Shown here in pieces: positions 20,463-28,221 of a stretch of 64,000 nt of DNA. Origin of the DNA: Terrimicrobiaceae bacterium (GTDB lineage Bacteria > Verrucomicrobiota > Verrucomicrobiia > Chthoniobacterales > Terrimicrobiaceae). The notes beneath the pieces were generated by a model that was given only the letters and a program-made list of their open reading frames with translations, searched no databases and was not told where the DNA came from. Location: assembly GCA_044353785.1 (NCBI GenBank), contig JBILBH010000006.1:7910-71909 (forward strand). Direction: 5' to 3'. The position numbers were made by a program, and so were the translations under genes. Every line of letters begins with the position of its first letter. Position 1 is the first letter of the stretch.

Positions 20463-21965
20463 ATGTTTAAAAAAATCCACCTCCTTCTCGCGACTGCACT
20501 CGCGCTTCCAATTGCCGCCAAAGCAGCACCGGCAGGCCCCAAGCAGCCTGTCAAAAAAACCAACATCATCCTGATGTTGGCCGACGATCTCGGATTCGGC
20601 GATGTGAGTTGCTACGGAGCCAAGCTGATCAAGACGCCAAACATCGACAAACTCGCCGCCGAGGGCGTGAAGTTCACCGACGCCCATGCGCCGGCCGCAG
20701 TCTGCCAGCCCACACGCTATGGCATTCTTGCCGGGCGCTACCATTGGCGTGCAAAACGCACCGAACCGGCCCTTTACTTCGCCGAAAATGAAATCCTCTT
20801 GCCGCAGACCCTCAAGGACAACGGCTACAACACAGCCGCCTTTGGAAAATGGCACCTCGGCTGGGGTTCTGGGCAACCGAATGATGATGCCTTTTGGAAC
20901 GGCGAAATCACTCCCGGCCCGCTGAACACCGGCTTCGACTCCTACTTCGGAGTTCCTCACTCCCACTCGCAGCCGCCATTCGTGTTCATCGAAAACACAC
21001 GCATCTACAAAGGCGATCCCAATGATCCGCTGCGCCTGAACAAGGAACAGCCTTCCCACTGGAAGCATACGATGAATTCCGGTGGCAGCGAGGGAGCCAA
21101 GGCGGCTCATCAAGCGTGCAACATGGATCGACTCGACCTCACACTTGCTGAGCGCGCATCGGACTTCATTGCCCAGCAGACGAAAGACAAGCCGTTCTTC
21201 CTCTACCTTCCGTTCTACGCGCCGCATGTTCCGATCCTGCCCGCAAAGGAATTTCAGGGCACCAGTCAAGCCGATGCTCTGGGGGACTATGTCCAACAAC
21301 TCGACCACGCCGTGGGATTGGTCATGGAGGCTCTCAAGAAACACGGATTCGATGAAAACACGCTCGTCGTCTTCACCAGCGATAATGGTGGCTGCCATAT
21401 CGTGGAGAGCATGGCGATCGGTCACAACAGCAGTGGGCCTTGGTTGGGGCTCAAAACCGATGTCTGGGAGGGCGGCCATCGTGTTCCCTTCATAGCCCGC
21501 TGGCCCGGCAAAATTCCCGCCGACACGACTTGCGACAAGCTTCTCTCGTTAACGGATCTTTTCCCGACCTTCGCAGCGGCTTCCGGAATCCTCCTTCCGA
21601 GAAACGCCGCACCGGATGGTCTGAACATGCTGCCTCTTCTGGAGAGCCCTGCGGGCACTCCGGCGATTCGCACCGAGATGGTTTACTCCGGCCGTGGCCG
21701 CGGATTCCGTAGCGGCGACTGGGTTTACATCCCCGGCAAGGGCTCCGGCGGCCTTTTTGGCACATTCTACTTCGAGAAATTCGGCTACTCGAATTCCGAT
21801 CACGATGCTCAGGGCAAGCTCCTCGAGACAGCCCAGCCCGAGCAGCTCTACAACCTCAAGGAGGATCCCCGCCAAGCGATGAATGTCGCGGACAAATATC
21901 CCGAAGTGACCCGCCAGATGTCTTCCCGCTTCGCGGAAATCTCCCGTCAGGCCAAATCCCGCTGA
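20463..21965 (+). CDS. S1-family (Cys-type) sulfatase, paralog of 11442-13064
   Basis: Signal peptide. LMLADDLGFGDVSCYG, the CQPTR motif and GKWHLG. It aligns with the first sulfatase over its whole length, for example QPP(Y/F)VF(V/I)EN.RIYKGDPNDPL. Confidence 0.9.
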   Translation: MFKKIHLLLATALALPIAAKAAPAGPKQPVKKTNIILMLADDLGFGDVSCYGAKLIKTPNIDKLAAEGVKFTDAHAPAAVCQPTRYGILAGRYHWRAKRTEPALYFAENEILLPQTLKDNGYNTAAFGKWHLGWGSGQPNDDAFWNGEITPGPLNTGFDSYFGVPHSHSQPPFVFIENTRIYKGDPNDPLRLNKEQPSHWKHTMNSGGSEGAKAAHQACNMDRLDLTLAERASDFIAQQTKDKPFFLYLPFYAPHVPILPAKEFQGTSQADALGDYVQQLDHAVGLVMEALKKHGFDENTLVVFTSDNGGCHIVESMAIGHNSSGPWLGLKTDVWEGGHRVPFIARWPGKIPADTTCDKLLSLTDLFPTFAAASGILLPRNAAPDGLNMLPLLESPAGTPAIRTEMVYSGRGRGFRSGDWVYIPGKGSGGLFGTFYFEKFGYSNSDHDAQGKLLETAQPEQLYNLKEDPRQAMNVADKYPEVTRQMSSRFAEISRQAKSR

Positions 21966-21988
21966 GTCAAATCCTCCGAGTTCCAATC

Positions 21989-24900
21989 ATGATCAAAATA
22001 CGCCGCCCTGCATTGATGGCAGCCACACTGCTTGCCGCATTCGCTTCCCGAACCCATGCCTCTGTGGGTGTGGTGTCCCTTGGTGACAAGAACCTCCAGA
22101 TCCAATCCACGCCCTCCGTGGTTGTTGAACATCTCGATACCAAAATGGGAACCCTCCAAGGCTCCCATTTGGTTCGCACCATTCCCCACAAGGGCGATGA
22201 ACTCACCTTCGATATTTCTTTTGATGCTGGAGCGAAATCGCTGATTCTGGAGTTTCAGGAGATTCACAATCGCCGTCCGGCTGCTTACGGATACACGGTT
22301 TTGATCAATGGCCGGGAGGTTTACTTCCGCACTTACCAGGAACTCGGCGCAGGCCCGAATCACTTCTTTGTCGAGGTGCCGGAGGATCTGCTGAAAAGCG
22401 GGTCTCCGCTCAAGGTCACGCTGCGCCACGAGGGTGGAGGAGCCTTCAGCGTCGCCAAAGTTTGGGCGTGGGAAGACTTTTTTGAAACAACTGCAAAAGC
22501 CGAGCACGTCTTCAAACCCATGGGCCTTCTCCTTCCGCCCAATGCCATCAAAATCGACGGCAAACCGGTGAAACCTAAAACCGATGAGGAGTGGGCGGCG
22601 TTGTTCGAGGAGCAAAAAAAACGATTCTCCGACCTGAAGGATTATTCACCTGTCGGCACTCTGGCCTTCGGAGGTTCCTACGGCGGGCGTGATCCGAAGG
22701 AGGGTAATAAATCGCTTATCCAAGGCATCCGTCTCTCGGGACTCACCGGAATGCCGGGCGAGATGATGCTCAATGGGCTCGGCTGGTTTTCCGGCCCCAC
22801 CGGCCCGGATGGCCTCGGCGGCTACTTCAGCGACATCCGCTACCAGAAGACCAGCTTCAATCGCGAAAAAGGTGCTTGGCAGGCCTCGTTTCCAAATATT
22901 TGGGGTAATACGCCCGCCTACACCCTGCGCGATCCGAATATGAACGCGTTTCTCGAAAAACGCTTCCAGCAAATGATGGCTGGCGCTCCTGAGGAGCTGG
23001 CTCGTCTGCGTCTGGCCGGAAAACCGTCCCAACCGATCCTCATCCGTGAGTTTGCCCCCGCCAGCGGGGAGATCACCGACGAGATCGTGAAGGCCGCTGC
23101 GAAAGATGGCGTGAAACTCGATCCCATCGACGGCATGAGCTTCGAGGAGCGTATGTGGATGCATGGAGACACCCTTCGCACTTGGCAGGAATACGCCGAC
23201 AGCCTCCGCAAAGCCATGGGACGCGACATCGCCGTTGTGGATCGCGGTCAGCTTCTCCTCACTGACGAGCAGAGTTTTGACAATTTCTATGCTCATCCGA
23301 ACTTCATGACCGACGATCCCGCTGGCGACGAACGCTACGGCGGCGGCCAGCACGGTATGGTTGATGGACTCTGGAGCAGCGGCGAGATTGGTGCCACAAG
23401 CGGACACCAGGACATCGGAGCCAATACCAAGTTCCGCGATGTCGCGATGTATGACTACCTGCCTGCCAACGGCAAATTTGCAGCCATCAACCTTGAGCGC
23501 ACCATGCTGAAAGAGAACTTCGAGGTGCTGCGACTCTACTACGAGCGGGGCTCGCAATTCCTCTGCCTCTTTAATGCCGATGATGGCGACGAGAAGTTTG
23601 TGCGTAGCGTGGATGGCATCGAGAACGATCCCGCATCCCCTCCGTCCCACGCCCAGCCTGTGGTGACGATGGAAAAAATCGCCCCCCAAAAATCCAAGGG
23701 TAAAACTCCCTTCCACCGCGAAGCCCTCTACCGCCTGAGCAGTGCGGGTGATCCTTTCCCAAGTGGTCTCACTCTCGATTTGGACGGCCGCATCTCGCCT
23801 GGAGAGGTCAACAAAATCGAGGTCTTCCTCGGGGATTCGCCGAAAGATATGAAGCTGGTCGCGACGTTGACCGAAAAAGAGCTTCCCGATCCCGACCACT
23901 GGACACCCCAAATGACCAGCCAGTATTCGATGGAACTCGGTGATTCCATGATCGGCAAAAACGAGACCTACTTGAAATTCGTTTTTCATGCCGAGGGAGC
24001 GGAGGACGCCGCGTTCCTGATTTCCCAGAATGTGAAAACCCGCTGGCCGAAACAGAGTGGCTATCTCGGCAAAACCAACCTGACCCGCAAGGATGCCCGA
24101 ACGCTTCAGCTTTGGCTGCAGGAACGCAGCGTTTGCGAGCGACTGCTCCGCTACTACCACGAAGCGGGTGGCGAGGATGCGAGCTGGAAAGAGGCGAAAG
24201 CCCTCTACGACGAAGGCCTCTACGCCAGCGCGCGCCGACTTCTCGGTCCTGCTATCTCGGAGGTGCTTCCTGCCCGCTACTTGGTTCGCGGCCATGGGAA
24301 CCTTGGCCGTCATCCCGTCGAAGTGCGTCTTCCTGCTGAGAACGATTCGATTTTTGTAACCCTGGAAAAAATCGCTCCCGATGGGGCGGCGTTTTCTCTT
24401 CGATCAGAGACCGACTACGCCAAGGTTGATCTCGTTTTTGACACCCTCGATCCGAAAAAATCCTGGCGTCTCGAATCCCCAACGCCCGCAACCTATCGCT
24501 TGGTAGTGGGGCAGGATGCCGATAAGCGCGTGGCCGTGAAGGAGGGCAAGGTCAGAGTCACTCTTGATCACGCCAACCCGCCAACTGCCAAACCCAAACT
24601 GCCCGCAAAGCTGGTGGCGCGTTTCCTCGGGCAGCGTGGCAATACCATCACGGTCGATCTCCAAGATCTGGAACTGATGGATTACGGTAGCAACATGAGC
24701 CTCCCCATCGTGAAAAATGCACCCCACACGCGCGAAGCCGATGGGCTCGACAATCCCACGCTGGCGTCAGCGAAAAGTCCTCAGCCACACGATCAAGTCA
24801 CCCTTGATATCAACGAGCAAGGCGAGGTGATTGCGATTCACTCCCGATACGGATATGACAAGGGTCGACTCAAAAAATTTCACCCGCCTGTCGTAATCGG

Positions 24901-25621
24901 TGGGGCCTCAAATGGCGCAATCGAGTTGGAGAATGGCAAAAAATACGAACTCGTCTTCGAAAAAGGTAGCGCTGCTGGAAACTTCGAGACCGTAGCCCTG
25001 CAGGGCGGCATCATTTCCAACGAACTCCAAAGCCTCGCCAGCGCCTTCAAGCCCGGCGATGAGTTTGAGATTTTCTACTCGCCCTATGCGGAAAAGAAGG
25101 GCCTGCCACGCATCATCACCGTCAAGCAACCCCGGAAGATGCTTCTTGATGTGGATTACACCAAGGATACCGAGTGGAAAGACAGTACTCACAGCGTGAC
25201 GGGGGTGGATGTGAAGCCCCACCGGCCGGAGCCGAACTACCTCTACAAAATCGAAATCCCGATGATGCGGCCGGTGAAGGCGTTTGAGACGGGAAGCGTG
25301 GTTTACCACATCACCAACGAAAAACCGCTTGGCACGACCGCCGTGGAATTTGCCGCACGAGCCTTCGATGCCTCGAGTCGAGTGACCTTCTACACAAGCC
25401 CGGACGGTCAGAAATGGACGCGTGTCGGCCAGTTCGACAAGACCTGGCAAAATAGCATTCCCCAAAACCTCGGGGCGCTTCCCTACCAATTCCTTGACCT
25501 CACTCCGCAGGTGAAAGGATTGAAATCGTTTTACCTGAAAGCCGAGTTGGCCATGAATAGCGCGGACCACCGTTACTGCCTGGCCAAACTGCGTGTGGCC
25601 ACAGCAGACTCTGAAGAGTAA
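21989..25621 (+). CDS. Secreted 1,210-aa protein of unknown family, paralog 3 (close to paralog 1)
   Basis: Signal peptide MIKIRRPALMAATLLAAFASRTHA. Long stretches are near-identical to paralog 1, for example LILEFQEIHNRRPAAYGYTVLINGREVYFRTYQELGAGPNHFFVEVP and YGGGQHGMVDGLWSSGE. Confidence 0.8.
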   Translation: MIKIRRPALMAATLLAAFASRTHASVGVVSLGDKNLQIQSTPSVVVEHLDTKMGTLQGSHLVRTIPHKGDELTFDISFDAGAKSLILEFQEIHNRRPAAYGYTVLINGREVYFRTYQELGAGPNHFFVEVPEDLLKSGSPLKVTLRHEGGGAFSVAKVWAWEDFFETTAKAEHVFKPMGLLLPPNAIKIDGKPVKPKTDEEWAALFEEQKKRFSDLKDYSPVGTLAFGGSYGGRDPKEGNKSLIQGIRLSGLTGMPGEMMLNGLGWFSGPTGPDGLGGYFSDIRYQKTSFNREKGAWQASFPNIWGNTPAYTLRDPNMNAFLEKRFQQMMAGAPEELARLRLAGKPSQPILIREFAPASGEITDEIVKAAAKDGVKLDPIDGMSFEERMWMHGDTLRTWQEYADSLRKAMGRDIAVVDRGQLLLTDEQSFDNFYAHPNFMTDDPAGDERYGGGQHGMVDGLWSSGEIGATSGHQDIGANTKFRDVAMYDYLPANGKFAAINLERTMLKENFEVLRLYYERGSQFLCLFNADDGDEKFVRSVDGIENDPASPPSHAQPVVTMEKIAPQKSKGKTPFHREALYRLSSAGDPFPSGLTLDLDGRISPGEVNKIEVFLGDSPKDMKLVATLTEKELPDPDHWTPQMTSQYSMELGDSMIGKNETYLKFVFHAEGAEDAAFLISQNVKTRWPKQSGYLGKTNLTRKDARTLQLWLQERSVCERLLRYYHEAGGEDASWKEAKALYDEGLYASARRLLGPAISEVLPARYLVRGHGNLGRHPVEVRLPAENDSIFVTLEKIAPDGAAFSLRSETDYAKVDLVFDTLDPKKSWRLESPTPATYRLVVGQDADKRVAVKEGKVRVTLDHANPPTAKPKLPAKLVARFLGQRGNTITVDLQDLELMDYGSNMSLPIVKNAPHTREADGLDNPTLASAKSPQPHDQVTLDINEQGEVIAIHSRYGYDKGRLKKFHPPVVIGGASNGAIELENGKKYELVFEKGSAAGNFETVALQGGIISNELQSLASAFKPGDEFEIFYSPYAEKKGLPRIITVKQPRKMLLDVDYTKDTEWKDSTHSVTGVDVKPHRPEPNYLYKIEIPMMRPVKAFETGSVVYHITNEKPLGTTAVEFAARAFDASSRVTFYTSPDGQKWTRVGQFDKTWQNSIPQNLGALPYQFLDLTPQVKGLKSFYLKAELAMNSADHRYCLAKLRVATADSEE

Positions 25622-25624
25622 AAG

Positions 25625-27313
25625 ATGTTCAGGCCCGGTCGACCGTTTCCCGATTTGGATGGAAATCCCATCCAAGCCCATGCTGCCTCCATCCTGCGGC
25701 ACGGCGAATACTGGTATTGGTATGGACAGGATATGGGTGGGCGTCATACGTCGGCGGATCCATCGTTCACCGGAGTCTCCGTGTATCGATCCAGCGATTT
25801 GCTCTCCTGGAAACGACTCGGAAAAGCCCTTGCTCCTGACACTGCGAATCCTGAAAGTCCGCTTCACACCGATCGCATCGGCGAACGGGCAAAGGTTATT
25901 TATAATCCCCGCAGCAAAAAATTCGTGATGTGGCTGCATCTCGACCGCCGTGCCTACGATTTCTCCATGGCCGGAGTGGCTATCTCAGACTTGCCCGAAG
26001 GGCCGTTTGATCTGCTGAGGGCTTTTCGTCCCCTGCCGGTCGAGGAGGATATGTACCCTGAAGATCCGAGTCGTGCAGGCGAAGAGAGCGCTGTGTTGGA
26101 TACGAGCCTTTTTGTTGATCACGATGGCAAGGCCTACTTCATCTACTGCTCGGAAGGCCTCGCGACCCTGCATATCTGCGAGTTGAACGAGGACTTCACC
26201 GACATCTGCCGTCCTGCGACTCGGGGAGTCACTTGGGCTCGTGCACTTGCGGGCCTCGTCCGCGAAGCGCCTGCCCTTTTCCGCTGGCGAGATCATGTCT
26301 ATATGTTCACCTCCGGCTGCACCGGCTGGGAGCCGAACTTCCTGCTGACAGCCCGCGCCCCCTCGCCTCTCGGGCCTTGGGAGCTCCTTGGGGATCCTTG
26401 CATCGGCCCGGATGCTGAGACCGGCTACGCCTCTCAACCCGCATGGGTTCTCCCTGTAGAGAGTCACGGTCCCGATGCCTTTGTTTATATCGGTGACCGC
26501 TGGAACCAACGTGATTTGGAATCCACCGCACCCGTTTGGCTTCCATTCCGCATGGAGGCGGGAAAGAACCCGCAGCTCCGATTTCTTTCCGAGTGGAGTT
26601 TCGATCTTTTCCAACCCAAGACTCTGCCACTCGCTGTGAATAATCTCTCTGCCGTGGCCTGGGACTCGCGTGGTGCCCAAATGCAGCCCGACACCGTCAA
26701 GCTTTCATGGGATTCCTCACCCCTCGCCGATGGCTACGCGATTTGCCGCAATGGCACTGAGATCGATTTCACCACAGTCACAGAGTTCACCCTCCCGCTT
26801 GGCCTGCCTGGTGTGGCCTGCATCTTTTCCGTGAGAGCTTGGAATCTGGCGGATGGTTACTCGCCGGAATCCTCCACCTCCGCTTTAACGCGGGGAAAAT
26901 CCAGAGAGGTCTTTCTTAGCGACGGGCCATGGCTCCGCAGTTGGTCCGGCTTTTGCCGGGTGATTCGTGACCAGTCATGGGATGGTGGACCACTGGCGAT
27001 ATGTGACCAAAATTATTCCAAGGGCCTGTTTGTCCATGCCCCGGCGGAGGTGGAATTTGACCTTGGAGGCATTTATCGCCGCTTTTCTTGCGACGCGGGC
27101 CTGTTTTGCGGCTTCCCTGGTGATTGCCAATGCCGTGTCGAAGTCGATGGGAAAATTCTTTTTAAATCACAACCTCTCAATCATTACGCTGCCCCCCTCA
27201 CAATCGAACTCGAAGTCACAGGAGCCCACAGACTGCTCCTGCGTGTGGAATCTCTCGGCCGAGGCCCCCTCGATGGGCGCTTCGTCTGGGCCTCCCCCCG
27301 TATCATCCCGTAG
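25625..27313 (+). CDS. GH43 glycoside hydrolase (subfamily 24-like) with C-terminal NPCBM-type carbohydrate-binding module
   Basis: The N-terminal five-bladed-propeller blocks IQAHAASILRHGEYWYWYG, ERAKVIYNPRSKKFVMWLH and REAPALFRWRDHVYMFTSGCTGWEPN resemble exo-beta-1,3-galactanase-type GH43. The C-terminal FLSDGPWLRSWSGF...DQNYSKGLFVHAPAEVEFDLGG resembles the NPCBM/NEW2 module. There is no signal peptide. Confidence 0.7.
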   Translation: MFRPGRPFPDLDGNPIQAHAASILRHGEYWYWYGQDMGGRHTSADPSFTGVSVYRSSDLLSWKRLGKALAPDTANPESPLHTDRIGERAKVIYNPRSKKFVMWLHLDRRAYDFSMAGVAISDLPEGPFDLLRAFRPLPVEEDMYPEDPSRAGEESAVLDTSLFVDHDGKAYFIYCSEGLATLHICELNEDFTDICRPATRGVTWARALAGLVREAPALFRWRDHVYMFTSGCTGWEPNFLLTARAPSPLGPWELLGDPCIGPDAETGYASQPAWVLPVESHGPDAFVYIGDRWNQRDLESTAPVWLPFRMEAGKNPQLRFLSEWSFDLFQPKTLPLAVNNLSAVAWDSRGAQMQPDTVKLSWDSSPLADGYAICRNGTEIDFTTVTEFTLPLGLPGVACIFSVRAWNLADGYSPESSTSALTRGKSREVFLSDGPWLRSWSGFCRVIRDQSWDGGPLAICDQNYSKGLFVHAPAEVEFDLGGIYRRFSCDAGLFCGFPGDCQCRVEVDGKILFKSQPLNHYAAPLTIELEVTGAHRLLLRVESLGRGPLDGRFVWASPRIIP

Positions 27314-27477
27314 TAAGCGCACGCAATCGGTGGGTTAAAAAATCTTGGAGCCGCGCTGGCGTGGCAGGATTGTATCTGGGTTTTTGGGATGCCGTTCCCG
27401 CTCGACGAGGAACAGAAACCGGGTGTTGCATTTGAACCGTGAAACACGGTTTGCAGGAGATTGCTGGGAATCGCGCT

Positions 27478-28164
27478 TTAGCTCTGGCCTTGGCTTTCTT
27501 CGAGCAAGTCCGGCCGTCTTTGTCGTGTGGCTTCGAGGGCGGTTTCGTGCCGCCAATTTTCGATGGCTGCATGGTTGCCGCCGAGGAGGATTTCGGGGAC
27601 TTTCCAGCCTTTGTAATCGGCGGGGCGGGTGTAATGGGGGTGGTCAAGGATGCCGGATGAGAAGGAATCCTGTTGGGCGGATTGCTCGTCGCCGAGGACG
27701 CCGGGGATGAGTCGCACAACGGCGTCTGTGACGACGAGGGCAGGCAGGACTCCGCTGGTGAGGACATAGTCGCCGATGGATATTTCGTCATCGACGAGGT
27801 GGTCGGCCACGCGCTGGTCGATGCCTTCGTAGTGGCCACACAGGAAAATGAGGTCGCTTTCTTTCGCGAGTTCACGGGCTATGGGATCGGAAAACTTCCG
27901 TCCCTGCGGTGTGAGGAGGATCACTTTGGAATCGAGTGAGCGGATTTCGGAGAGGGCGAGATCGATGGGTTCGATCTTCATGACCATGCCGGGGCCGCCG
28001 CCGTAGGGTGCGTCATCCACCGTGCGGTGGCGGTCGTTGGTCCATCGCCGGAGGTCCACCGCTTCGAGTGTGGCGAGTTTTTTTTCCTGCGCCCTTTTAA
28101 GGATGCTCTCGGAGAACACGCTCCGGCAGACATCGGGAAAGATGGTGAGGATTTGAATTTTCAC
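27478..28164 (-). CDS. trmD: tRNA (guanine37-N1)-methyltransferase
   Basis: MKIQILTIFPD...DDAPYGGGPGMVMKIEPI...LLTPQG...FLCGHYEGIDQRV. The match to TrmD runs the full length. Confidence 0.93.
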   Translation of the reverse strand: MKIQILTIFPDVCRSVFSESILKRAQEKKLATLEAVDLRRWTNDRHRTVDDAPYGGGPGMVMKIEPIDLALSEIRSLDSKVILLTPQGRKFSDPIARELAKESDLIFLCGHYEGIDQRVADHLVDDEISIGDYVLTSGVLPALVVTDAVVRLIPGVLGDEQSAQQDSFSSGILDHPHYTRPADYKGWKVPEILLGGNHAAIENWRHETALEATRQRRPDLLEESQGQS

Positions 28165-28221
28165 AGGTGGTCAGGAAGATTGCGTGTCGGATCTCCCAGC
28201 AAAATGCTTTAATCTCCTCCT

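Noticed and set aside
20118-21479. 453-aa minus-strand ORF
   Set aside because: It lies antisense across the esterase/sulfatase-2 junction. The sulfatase frame carries the CQPTR and GKWHLG signatures, and the antisense product has no recognisable features.
22646-24313. 555-aa minus-strand ORF inside giant paralog 3 (also 24908-25939, 343 aa)
   Set aside because: It is an antisense shadow ORF. The sense frame is conserved with paralogs 1 and 2.
27435-27451. 7-bp hairpin as a bidirectional terminator between GH43 and trmD
   Set aside because: The stem is short and neither strand has a flanking U-tract, so it is too weak to call as a terminator feature. I mention it only in the trmD finding.
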